Assembly: GCA_963836205.1 (NCBI GenBank)
Contig: CAWIIV010000024.1
Location: 32,001 to 96,000 of the forward strand
DNA: 64,000 bases
From: an uncultured Acidimicrobiia bacterium
GTDB taxonomy: Bacteria; Actinomycetota; Acidimicrobiia; Acidimicrobiales; AC-14
Direction: 5' to 3'
The notes beneath the pieces were generated by a model. The model searched no databases. It had not been told where the DNA came from and was given only the letters and a program-made list of their open reading frames with translations. A program made the translations under genes and the position numbers. Shown here one piece after another: positions 45,565 to 54,338 of the stretch; the stretch's first letter is position 1; each line of letters begins with the position of its first letter.

Positions 45565-45872
45565 GCCTCCAATTATACGAGGGGGATGAGACAGTCATTC
45601 CGAACGGTGGTGGCGCCAGGTGACTAATCACCCAGAAAAGGACATATCTCGTACCTTTCTGCACACTCGACCGGGCGGAGAGATGGGGCACGAAACTCTT
45701 GCCGCGGGGAAGGCAGCGGCTCGCCGCGCCACGTCCTCACTACGCAACGAAAGCGTTCGACCGCGCTCTGTGGTTTGCGCATTTCGATTGGTGGCTCTGC
45801 TCGTGCCGTGGCCCTGCGGTTAGTACCCACAGCAGGACTCGAGTTGCGACCCCCGGCCTCGAAGACTGCGAG

Positions 45873-46055
45873 TCAGCGGCGGTCGCCCGGGCGCTGCCAG
45901 CCGGTGTCGCTGATGGGCCGGGGCTCGAAGAAGAGGCAGTCGTCGGGGCAGGCGAAGGGGGCCTGTTCGGCCACGTCGAGGCGGCAGCGTTCGACCGAGT
46001 CGCCGGTGGGGAGCGACCGGCGGGAGTAGTGGCGGCAGTCCGCCCTGACGCTCAC
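45873..46055 (-). CDS. small Cys-rich hypothetical protein
   Basis: VRADCRHY...ERCRLD...FACPDDCLFFEPR (four Cys). Confidence 0.7.
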   Translation of the reverse strand: MSVRADCRHYSRRSLPTGDSVERCRLDVAEQAPFACPDDCLFFEPRPISDTGWQRPGDRR

Positions 46056-46103
46056 GGCCCGCCATCTTCGCAGATCGAGAGCCGGACGGTAGGGTCGGCT
46101 GCG

Positions 46104-46826
46104 GTGAGTGATCCGGATGCCGGCCGCGGGGTTTCGGGTCACGACCTGCTGCGATGGAGCGAGGCGTTGGCCGCCATCGCCCGCACCGGCCTCGGGTTCA
46201 CGGACAGCCTCTACGAGCGGGAGCGGTTCGAGGAGGTGCTGCGGGTAGCTGCCGACATCGGGGTCGCGGCCGGCCACCGGTCGGACCCGGTGGCCCGGGT
46301 GGAGGAGTGGCTGGCCCACGTCGGCCAGGGCGTGGCCGGCTACGTGACGCCCAAGGTGGCGATCGGCGCCGTCGTCGGCAACGACGCGGGCGAGATCCTC
46401 CTCGTCCAGCGGTCGGACTCGGGGATGTGGCTGTACCCGACGGGATGGGCCGACGTGGGCTACTCGCCGGCCGAGGTGGCGGTGAAGGAGGTGCTGGAGG
46501 AGACGGGGATGATGGTCGAGCCGGTGCGCCTCATCGCGGTCCTCGATGGGATGCGGCTCGGCTTCACCCGCATCCCCTTGTACTCCCTGGTGTTCCACTG
46601 CCGGCTGGTGGGCGGTGAGCTCCAGGCCCACCCGCTCGAGTGCCGCGATGTGGGCTTTTTCGCGGAGGACGCCCTGCCGACCCCTCTTGCCGGAGCCGGC
46701 CGGTGGCAGGTGCCGGCCTTCGAGGCCATCCGGGGGGAGCCGGTGGAAGTGCTCTTCGACCAGCCCCGGCAACCCCTCTGGCGCACCGCCGCTACCGGCG
46801 GCGCCGGGAACGACGAACTACCGTAA
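46104..46826 (+). CDS. NUDIX hydrolase with N-terminal Nudix_N domain
   Basis: IARTGLGF..YERER, GYVTPKV, GWADVGYSPAEVAVKEVLEETG. Confidence 0.9.
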   Translation: MSDPDAGRGVSGHDLLRWSEALAAIARTGLGFTDSLYERERFEEVLRVAADIGVAAGHRSDPVARVEEWLAHVGQGVAGYVTPKVAIGAVVGNDAGEILLVQRSDSGMWLYPTGWADVGYSPAEVAVKEVLEETGMMVEPVRLIAVLDGMRLGFTRIPLYSLVFHCRLVGGELQAHPLECRDVGFFAEDALPTPLAGAGRWQVPAFEAIRGEPVEVLFDQPRQPLWRTAATGGAGNDELP

Positions 46827-46851
46827 CCCCGGTCCTCAGGAGGTCGTCTTC

Positions 46852-48196
46852 TTGCTGCTGCGCCGTTTTCGTCGTCGAAAGGTCGTGTCCGATCCGGTCA
46901 CCGTGGTCAGCCGCTTCGTCGACGCGGCCAATCGCCACGACGCCGACGCCATCGCCAAGTGCCTCCACCCCGACTTCGAGAGCATCCAGCCCATCTATCC
47001 GAGCCGGAACTTCCGGGGATCGATGCAGGTCAAGCGCAACTGGCAGGCGATCTTCGAGAGCGAGCCCGGCTTCCGTCTGAGCCTGGTGCGCTCGGCGTCC
47101 AACGAGGGCACGGTGTGGGTCGAGCTCCACGGCGCCGGGCGCGACGTCGAGGTGGCGGGCGTGTTCATCATGGGCGTCGAGGACGAACTCGTGCGCTGGG
47201 CCCGCGTGTACAGCGCCGTCGTCGAGCAGCCGGCCCCCAAGATGGCCGCGCAAGGACCGGAGACCGCTACCGGCGACCAGGAGTCAGCGAGCGTCCGGGA
47301 AGAGGCCGAGGCCCTCCGCAGGCTCATCGACGCCGGCCGGAAGTCCGACGCCGCGGCCGCCGCCGCTGCGGCTGCTGCCGACGAGCCCTCGCCCGCCGAG
47401 CCGGCCGTACCCGCCGCCGAGCCCGCCGCCGAGCCCGCCGAGGCTGTCGACGACTCCGAGCCCGCCGAGGCTGTCGACGACTCCGAGTACGACGACGACG
47501 AGTACGACGACGATGAGTACGACGACTCGGACGACGACGACTCGGACGACGACGACTCGGACGACGACGACTCGGACGACGACGACTCGGACGACGACGA
47601 CTCGGACGACGACGACTCGGACGACGACGACTCAGGCGACGACGAGGACGAGGACTCGGAGGAGAACGACTCCGACGAGCAAGGCGACTCGAAGGACCCC
47701 GCCACCAGTGAGTCCGACGGCGACTCCGGGGACGTCACCGCCGTCGCACATGCCTCCTCCGGTGGCGACTCCGGCGCGTCCCTTGGCGACGCCGCCGCGG
47801 ACGACGTCGTCGGCGACTCCGGAGCTGGCGTCTCCGAGGGCGACTCCGGGGCCGGCGATCCCGGTGTCTCAGGGGCTGGCGACATCGGCGCCCCTGGAGC
47901 CGGCGGGCTCGGGGACGACGAGTCCGTCGGGGACGCGGCCATCATGCAGGACGCGGTGGGCGGCCGAAGCGGAGGCGCCCAATCCTTACAGCGACTCCGA
48001 CCTGTTCTGGCAGGAGGGGGAGGTCCACGACATCGGCGGCCGGCAGCGTCGGCGCCGCTCGGGTCGCGACGCCGCTCCCACCGGTGACGAGGACGCGCTG
48101 GTGGTCGACCTCGGCGGGCGGACCGACGACCACGACGGCGACGACCCGTCCCACGGGCGTTCGGGCCGGCGTCGAGGCGGCCGCCGCCGCCGCTGA
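46852..48196 (+). CDS. SnoaL/NTF2-like domain with very long acidic tail (apparent frameshift ~47960)
   Basis: AGGAGG SD + TTG; FVDAANRHDADA, QPIYPSRNFRG..NW; (DDDDS)n; tail ends RRRGGRRRR. Confidence 0.75.
47477..47640 (+). repeat. 15-bp tandem repeat GACGACTCGGACGAC (about 8 near-perfect copies plus variants)
   Basis: Directly visible; encodes DDDDS/DDDEY. Confidence 0.9.
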
Positions 48197-48232
48197 TCCC
48201 GGGGTTCGCCCGAACGGCGCGGATTCATCGCC

Positions 48233-48733
48233 CTACCGACGGTCCGAATTGGCGGGGTCGGGACCGGGCGAGAGTTGCTCGAGGAGGGCGGAAACGATCG
48301 ACACCTGGCCTCCCGAGTGCTCCCACGCGTCGCCGATCCCCTGGTGGTCGGCCAGGCCGGCGGCGTCGGGCGGGCGGCCCAGGGCGTCGGTGCAGGCTGC
48401 GGCCAGGGTGGCCGGCTCCACCTCGTCGCCGTAGGCGGGGAACGCCTCCAACCCGTCCCACAGCGTGTCGACGGAGGCGACCGGCGCCGACCCCGCGCCG
48501 AGAGCGGCCGAGATCTCGTCGAAGACCTCGTAGGTGCCCATACCCGCCGGCCGCTGGTACCCGGCCACCGGGTGGAGGCGCCACTCGACCGTGATCCCGC
48601 CCGGCCCGTCGTCGCGCAGCCACACCTGCGACCCGTTGACGTAGGCGTCGACCGGCGGACCGAAGCGGGTGTCGAGGGCCACCACCAATTCTTCCGACAC
48701 ACTCCACACACACGTTGGTGTGCGGGAGGCCAT
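48233..48733 (-). CDS. hypothetical protein
   Basis: MASRTPTCVW..PVDAYVNGSQVWL..EWRLHPV..WDGLEAFPAY; clean ORF. Confidence 0.75.
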   Translation of the reverse strand: MASRTPTCVWSVSEELVVALDTRFGPPVDAYVNGSQVWLRDDGPGGITVEWRLHPVAGYQRPAGMGTYEVFDEISAALGAGSAPVASVDTLWDGLEAFPAYGDEVEPATLAAACTDALGRPPDAAGLADHQGIGDAWEHSGGQVSIVSALLEQLSPGPDPANSDRR

Positions 48734-48772
48734 GCCCCCAGTTTGCCCGCGAGCGCCTGTCACTATGGGACG

Positions 48773-50215
48773 GTGAGCCGGCGCCCCTCCCGCCTGGTGG
48801 TGGGCGTCGTCCTCGCCCTGGTCCTCGCCGCCTGCCGTGGCGACGGCGACGACGGCGGCGACCGAGGCGGTGGCAGCGGGCGAGCCACCCCGTCCACCGC
48901 CCCGGACACCAGCGCCCCTCAGTCGTCCCTGCCGGTCGCCACCGACCCGTCGTGCCCCGCCATCCCCGCCCGGGCCGAACCCCGCGCCGACCGCTCCCGG
49001 TACGTCCTCCACGTCGACATCCGGCCGGCGGAGGGCGCGGTCGACGGCGACCTGCGGGTGGCGTTCACGCCCGACCTGCCCACCAACGAGATCGTCTTCC
49101 GGCTGTGGCCCAACGGCCCCCGCCCAGCGGACGCCGGCATCCGCCTCGACCCCGGGCCGGTGACGGTCGACGGCCAGCCCGCGCCCGCCACCCAGCCGGA
49201 CGACACCACCCTCGTCGTCGATCCCGGCCGCACCATCGCCGCCGGCACCACCGTCGAGATCGCCATGCCATGGACGCTCGCCGTTCCCGGCCCCGCCAAC
49301 GACCGCCTCGCCCTCGAAGCCGACTCGATGCGCCTGGGCTCGTTCTTCCCGATCCTGCCGTGGGAGACGGGCGTGGGCTGGGCCCGGGAGGCGGCGGTGG
49401 GCGACTTCGCGGAGGCGTCGACCGCGCCCACCGCCGACTTCGACCTCACCGTCACCGTCCCCGCCGGCTACGACGTCCTGGCCAGCGGCGCGCCCACGGC
49501 CGACAACCCCAACCGGTTCCTGGCCACCGCGGTGCGGGACGTGGCCCTGTCCGTCGGCCATTTCACCGACCTCGTCACCGCCGTGGCCCTGGCGCCCGAC
49601 CCGGTGACCGTCACCGTCGGCCGCCATCCCGGGATGCCGGGCAACGCCCAGTTCTTCCTCGACCAGACCGTCGACGTCCTCGAAGCCTTCGCCGGGCGCT
49701 ACGGCCCCTATCCGTGGAGCACCCTCACCGTCGCGCTCACACCTGGGCTGGGCGGAGGGATCGAGTACCCGTCCCACATCATGTTGGGGCCCTTCACCGA
49801 GGGCGAGATCACCACCCACGAGGTCGGTCACCAATGGTTCTACGGGTTGGTGGGCAACGACCAGGGCCGCGACCCGTGGCTCGACGAGGGCCTCGCCACG
49901 TACGTCGAGGCGCGCTACGACCACATCCTTGCCTTCTATGAGGGGCTACAGGTCCCCCGGGTCGCCCAGGGCCGGCTGGGCGAGCCCATGTCGTTCTGGA
50001 CCCAAGAGCCCGACGCCTATCAGGACGGGGTCTACACCCAGGGAGCCCAGGCCCTGGGCGCCCTGGGCACCCCCGATCTGGTCGACTGCGCCCTGCGGGT
50101 CTTCGTCGCCCAGAACGCCTACGACATCGCCACGCCGGCCGACTTCGTCGCGGCCGCGTCGGCGGTCTTCCCCGACGCAGCCAAGAAACTGGCCGTCTTC
50201 GGCATCGAGCCGTAA
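48773..50215 (+). CDS. M1 family metallopeptidase lipoprotein
   Basis: LAAC lipobox; GGIEYP, HEVGHQWF...WLDEG. Confidence 0.88.
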   Translation: MSRRPSRLVVGVVLALVLAACRGDGDDGGDRGGGSGRATPSTAPDTSAPQSSLPVATDPSCPAIPARAEPRADRSRYVLHVDIRPAEGAVDGDLRVAFTPDLPTNEIVFRLWPNGPRPADAGIRLDPGPVTVDGQPAPATQPDDTTLVVDPGRTIAAGTTVEIAMPWTLAVPGPANDRLALEADSMRLGSFFPILPWETGVGWAREAAVGDFAEASTAPTADFDLTVTVPAGYDVLASGAPTADNPNRFLATAVRDVALSVGHFTDLVTAVALAPDPVTVTVGRHPGMPGNAQFFLDQTVDVLEAFAGRYGPYPWSTLTVALTPGLGGGIEYPSHIMLGPFTEGEITTHEVGHQWFYGLVGNDQGRDPWLDEGLATYVEARYDHILAFYEGLQVPRVAQGRLGEPMSFWTQEPDAYQDGVYTQGAQALGALGTPDLVDCALRVFVAQNAYDIATPADFVAAASAVFPDAAKKLAVFGIEP

Positions 50216-50247
50216 CCGGCCCGCACGGCCCGGCGCCGGCCGGCGGG

Positions 50248-51108
50248 TTAGTCCTGCTCCCGCAGGAAGCGTTCGAGCTCGTCGGCGAGGGCGTCGCCCG
50301 ACATCAGCTCCAGGCGGCCGCTCTCATCGGGGTCGTCGGCGTTGTCCTCCAGGCGGCGGACGTAGGCGGCCACGTCGTCGTCGCTGTCGACGACCTCGCT
50401 CACCTGGCGCTCGTAGTCGGCGGCCATCACCTGGAGGTCGGCGGTGAACAGCGACGTCGACAGCAGGCGGGCGGCCCGTTCGACCAGGGCCAGCGACGCC
50501 TTGGGGGACGGGGTGGCGGCCACGTAGTGGGGCACCGCCGCCCACAGCGACGCCGACGGGATCTCGGCCCGGCTGAAGGCCTCGTGCAGGACGCCCACGA
50601 TGCCGGTGGGGCCCTCGTACGTCGACCGGGTCAGGCCCAGGCGCTGCACCAGCTCGTTGTCGGCGGCGGTGCCCGTCACCCGGACGGGACGGGTGTGGGC
50701 CACGTCGGCCAGCAGCGCGCCCAGGGTGACCACCAGCTCCACGCCCATGGAGGTGGCCACGCCCACCAGCTCCTCGGTGAACGTCCGCCACTTGAGCTGG
50801 GGCTCCGTGCCCAACAGCACGATCACGTCGCGTGACGTGCCTGGCAGCGACGCCGCCGACAGCTCGTTCGACGGCCACGCGATCTCCCGGGCCATGTCGT
50901 CGTTGAGGCGGACGTGGGGCCGGGTCGACGAGAAGTCGAAGAAGTCCTCGGGGTCGATGGTGGCGAACCGCTTGGCCTGCCAGCGGTCGCGCAGGTAGCG
51001 GACGGCGGACGAGGCCGCGTCGCCGGCATCGTTCCATCCCTCGAAGGCGGCCAGCAGCACCGGGCGCCGCAGCTTCGGACGGGACTCCCACAGCAGGTGG
51101 TCCATCAC
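50248..51108 (-). CDS. PAC2 family (proteasome assembly chaperone-like) protein
   Basis: AFEGWNDAGDAA, EPQLKW, LGALLAD..HTRP, YEGPTGI, WAAVPHY. Confidence 0.9.
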   Translation of the reverse strand: MMDHLLWESRPKLRRPVLLAAFEGWNDAGDAASSAVRYLRDRWQAKRFATIDPEDFFDFSSTRPHVRLNDDMAREIAWPSNELSAASLPGTSRDVIVLLGTEPQLKWRTFTEELVGVATSMGVELVVTLGALLADVAHTRPVRVTGTAADNELVQRLGLTRSTYEGPTGIVGVLHEAFSRAEIPSASLWAAVPHYVAATPSPKASLALVERAARLLSTSLFTADLQVMAADYERQVSEVVDSDDDVAAYVRRLEDNADDPDESGRLELMSGDALADELERFLREQD

Positions 51109-51151
51109 GTCGAGGGTACCCGGGTGGGGGTCGTCGCCGGCCCCACGGACC

Positions 51152-51538
51152 TCAGCCGGCGAGCAGGGCCTGGATGCCGCCGTCGAGGTCGGTCGCCCGG
51201 TGGAACCCGAGCTGCTGGAGGCTGAGGGCGGCCAGGCTGGAGGCGTAGCCCTCGTTGCAGACGACGACCACCTCCTGGTCGAGGTCGGTGACCTCGGGGA
51301 TGCGGTGGGGCGACGTCGGGTCGAGACGCCACTCGAGGACGTTGCGGTCGACGACGACGGCGCCCTCGATCTCGCCGTCGCGGGATCGTTGCTCGACCGG
51401 TCGGATGTCGACCAGGAGGGCGCCCCGCCGGCGAAGTGCGGGCACCTCGGCGGCCGTCGGCCGGTGGGGCAGCTGCCGGCGGACTTCGGCCAACAGCTCG
51501 TCGATGCGGGCGGTCACGCCGTCATACCGCGAGATCAC
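51152..51538 (-). CDS. rhodanese-like domain protein
   Basis: LVDIRP, RNVLEWRLDP, CNEGYASS, TDLDGG. Confidence 0.88.
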   Translation of the reverse strand: MISRYDGVTARIDELLAEVRRQLPHRPTAAEVPALRRRGALLVDIRPVEQRSRDGEIEGAVVVDRNVLEWRLDPTSPHRIPEVTDLDQEVVVVCNEGYASSLAALSLQQLGFHRATDLDGGIQALLAG

Positions 51539-51989
51539 TCCGCTCGGTGCGGACGGGGGTGAGCAGCCGGGGGTCGTAGAAGGTCATCGTCGACAGCGGC
51601 GGTGAGTACACGTGGACGGAGAGGGCGTTCGTCGGACCAGGGTTCCACATGCCGTGGACCCGTGTGGGCCCGACGGTGAGCGTCTCGCGGGCCCGGACCC
51701 GGTTGGTCCGCAGGGGGAGCGGGCGTAGCCGGTCGGTGTAGCGCTCGAGCAGTTCGCCGTCCACCACCGCCACCGCCCCCGCCGAGCCGCCGTGGTCGTG
51801 GAGGTCGAGGGACCCACCCGGGGCCCAGGCGATCAGCCAGGCCTCGTAGGCGTCGGTCGTCAGCAGCCGGAGGTAGGCCCGGTCGTCGTCGAGGTCGAGG
51901 TCGGCCGGTGTCACCACCGCGGCCAGGCCGGTGGCGATGGACGTGAGCATGGCGGACGGGACGCGCACCGGCAGGGCGGTGAGGGACAA
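51522..51989 (-). CDS. cysteine dioxygenase family protein
   Basis: WLIAW, LHDHGGS, VHG, SVHVYSPP; SD GGAGG before TTG 51989. Confidence 0.85.
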   Translation of the reverse strand: MSLTALPVRVPSAMLTSIATGLAAVVTPADLDLDDDRAYLRLLTTDAYEAWLIAWAPGGSLDLHDHGGSAGAVAVVDGELLERYTDRLRPLPLRTNRVRARETLTVGPTRVHGMWNPGPTNALSVHVYSPPLSTMTFYDPRLLTPVRTERSDLAV

Positions 51990-52033
51990 CGGACGACCTC
52001 CAGGGACGAGCGGGGGATGGGCGGGAGGTCCGG

Positions 52034-52108
52034 TCAGCGACAGCACTCGTCGAACGTCAGCCGGGGCGCCTCGCCCCAGGTGTCGTTCGACGTGGCCGGT
52101 GACCGCAT
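52034..52108 (-). CDS. putative leaderless Cys-sensing leader peptide (24 aa, ends ECCR)
   Basis: TAGTCT -10 seven nt upstream of ATG; followed by anti-SD GACCTCC able to pair with the cdo SD. Confidence 0.6.
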   Translation of the reverse strand: MRSPATSNDTWGEAPRLTFDECCR

Positions 52109-52110
52109 GT

Positions 52111-52149
52111 CCGACAGACTATGTCGATAAAGCCGACCAAACAAGTCGT
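52111..52149. promoter_or_regulatory. tandem CCGAC-N7-GTCG inverted repeats overlapping the cdo promoter
   Basis: CCGAC-AGACTAT-GTCGA and CCGAC-CAAACAA-GTCGT. Confidence 0.55.
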
Positions 52150-52196
52150 ATTTGCCGGGCCTGTCGGTGGCGGGGCGCGCGGGACAGGATGGCGGG

Positions 52197-53375
52197 ATGC
52201 AATTGCACGTGCGCATGTCGTCCCGGGACCCCCTCGAGGAACACCGGGCGGCGACCCCGCTGGAGCTGTTCTTCGACCTCACCTTCGTGGTGGCCGTCGC
52301 CCAGGCCGCGGCCAGCCTCCACCACGGCCTGGTCGACGGCCACGCCGGCGACGCCCTGGTCGGATTCCCCCTGGTGTTCTTCGCCATCTGGTGGGCGTGG
52401 ATGAACCTCACCTGGTTCGCGTCCGCCTACGACACCGACGACGCCACCTACCGGTTGGCGGTGCTGGTGATGATGACGGGGGTGCTCATCCTGGCCGCCG
52501 GCGTCCCCCGGGCGTTCGACGGCGGCCACTTCGAGGTCATCGTGGCCGGCTACGTGGTGATGCGGGCGGCGATGGTGGGGCTGTGGCTGCGGGCCGCCGC
52601 CTCCCACCCGGAGGGACGGGCGTGCGCCCTCAGATACGCGGCAGGCATCGCCGTCCTCCAGGTCGCGTGGTTGGCCCGCCTGGCGCTGCCCGACGGGTTC
52701 GCCGTCCCGTCCTTCCTCGTGCTGGTGGCGGCCGAGCTGGCCGTGCCGATGTGGGCCGAGACGGTCGGGCGGACGTCGTGGCACCCCCGCCACATCGCCG
52801 AGCGCTACCAGCTGTTCACGATCATCGTGCTGGGGGAGACGCTGCTGGCGGCCACCGTCGGGGTGCAGGCCGCCCTCGACGACGAGGCCGTCTTCGGCGA
52901 CCTGGCCGCGGTCGTCGTCGGTGGGCTGCTCGTGGTCTTCTCCATGTGGTGGATCTACTTCGACCTGCCCGCCGAGCACGTGGTGGAGCGGGCCCGCTCC
53001 GCCTTCGCCGAGAAGCTCGGTGGCCCCTTCCTGTGGGGGTACGGGCACTACGTGGTGTTCGCGGCGGCGGCTGCCGCAGGGGCGGGCCTGGCGGTGGCGG
53101 TCGACCAGGCCACCCACCACTCCGAGCTCACCGACCTGGAGGCGGGATTCGCGGCCACCGTGCCGGTGGCGGTCTACGTGACGATGGTGTGGGCCCTCCA
53201 CTACCGGGACAAGCAGCCCGGCTGGCACCGCACCTTCGCCGTCCCCGTGGCCGCCGTCCTCATCGTGGCCTCCGCCGCGTCGCCGGAGCCGGTGCTGGTC
53301 ACGGGCCTCTTGTTGGCGGGCCTGGTCGCGGTCAGCGTGGGTGTCAACCGCGCGCCCGAGCGGGCGGTGGAGTAG
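52197..53375 (+). CDS. ltrA: low temperature requirement protein A family membrane protein
   Basis: ATPLELFFDL, WWAWMN, HIAERY.LFTIIVLGE, WWIYF. Confidence 0.88.
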   Translation: MQLHVRMSSRDPLEEHRAATPLELFFDLTFVVAVAQAAASLHHGLVDGHAGDALVGFPLVFFAIWWAWMNLTWFASAYDTDDATYRLAVLVMMTGVLILAAGVPRAFDGGHFEVIVAGYVVMRAAMVGLWLRAAASHPEGRACALRYAAGIAVLQVAWLARLALPDGFAVPSFLVLVAAELAVPMWAETVGRTSWHPRHIAERYQLFTIIVLGETLLAATVGVQAALDDEAVFGDLAAVVVGGLLVVFSMWWIYFDLPAEHVVERARSAFAEKLGGPFLWGYGHYVVFAAAAAAGAGLAVAVDQATHHSELTDLEAGFAATVPVAVYVTMVWALHYRDKQPGWHRTFAVPVAAVLIVASAASPEPVLVTGLLLAGLVAVSVGVNRAPERAVE

Positions 53376-53403
53376 GGGTCGGGGACGCGCCCCGGTCGCG
53401 GCG

Positions 53404-54225
53404 TCAGGCCGCCGGCTTCGTCCCGACCACCATGCGGACCCGCTGCATCATCGGGATCCCCTCCGGCGTCCGGCGGGTGGCCAGCTCGGCGAAGGCGGCG
53501 GCCTTGAGTCCTTCGAGCTCGTCGGGAGCCAGGATCTCGTAGAGGGCGCGCACCCCGTTGCCCCAGCCCCAGTCCCACCACCCCTGCTCGTCAGGGAAGT
53601 GGAACTCGACCTCCACCTCCTGGTCGTTCGCGATCTCGAAGCCGGCACCCGACACTGTGGCCCGGAGGTCGAAGTCGGGGCGGAACGGCACGGTCATGGG
53701 CCGCACCGCCCGGGACCCGAACGCCTCGAACAGCGAGCCCATGAACTCCCACCCGCGAGCTCCGGCCGGGACGGACGTCACGCACCGGCCGCCTGGGACC
53801 AGGACCCGGAAGAACTCGGCCGCGGCCGCGGGCGGGTCGGGGAGCAGGTGGAGCACCATCTGCGACAGGACGACGTCGAAGGTGGCGCCCTCCATGTCGA
53901 GGGCCTGGGCGTTGCCCAGCCGGACCGTGGCGTTGTCGACGCCGGCGGCCTCCAGGTCGGCGGCGAGCAGGGCCACCATCTCCTCGGACAGGTCGATGCC
54001 CACCACCCGGCCCGTGGGTCCCACCGCCACCGACGCCGGCAGGAGGGTGGCTCCCCGCCCGCAGCCCACGTCGAGCACCCGCTCGCCGAGGGCCGGGGCT
54101 GCCGTGGCCACCAGGCGGGCGCCGAAGGTGGTGAAGAAGGGGATGACGGTGTCGTAGGTGGCGGCCGCCCGCCCGAAGACGGCGGCCACCTCCCCGGTGT
54201 CGAACTCCTCGGCCTCCGCGTCCAT
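53404..54225 (-). CDS. class I SAM-dependent methyltransferase
   Basis: VLDVGCGRG, VVGIDLSEEM, FDVVLS, RVLVPGG. Confidence 0.9.
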   Translation of the reverse strand: MDAEAEEFDTGEVAAVFGRAAATYDTVIPFFTTFGARLVATAAPALGERVLDVGCGRGATLLPASVAVGPTGRVVGIDLSEEMVALLAADLEAAGVDNATVRLGNAQALDMEGATFDVVLSQMVLHLLPDPPAAAAEFFRVLVPGGRCVTSVPAGARGWEFMGSLFEAFGSRAVRPMTVPFRPDFDLRATVSGAGFEIANDQEVEVEFHFPDEQGWWDWGWGNGVRALYEILAPDELEGLKAAAFAELATRRTPEGIPMMQRVRMVVGTKPAA

Positions 54226-54270
54226 CGGACCAGTGAAGCCGATGGCGACGCCGGACCGCCCGCCCCCGGC

Positions 54271-54322
54271 CGAACCGGTGACGTTTTCGGTGACCCAGAC
54301 ACCCATTTTTGTCACCAGTTGG
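54271..54322. repeat. REP-like hairpin, same family as 17184-17300
   Basis: CGAACCGGTGACGTTTTCGG...TTTTGTCACCAGTTGG. Confidence 0.75.
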
Positions 54323-54338
54323 CCTGGTCGCGGGCGCG

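Larger units (their letters stand above)
43755..45632. mobile_element. IS1595-family element with passenger genes
   Basis: Perfect 26-bp TIRs GGTGATTAGTCACCTGGCGCCACCAC (43755-43780, 45607-45632); 8-bp TSD CAGAAAAG (43747-43754, 45633-45640); lower GC. Confidence 0.92.

Noticed and set aside
45670-45870. Possible ncRNA or riboswitch right of the IS
   Set aside because: No recognisable family motif or long stem; unsupported without an Rfam search
50248-51108. Functional link between PAC2 and the PafA-like gene
   Set aside because: 22 kb apart with unrelated genes between; PAC2 is common in Actinobacteria
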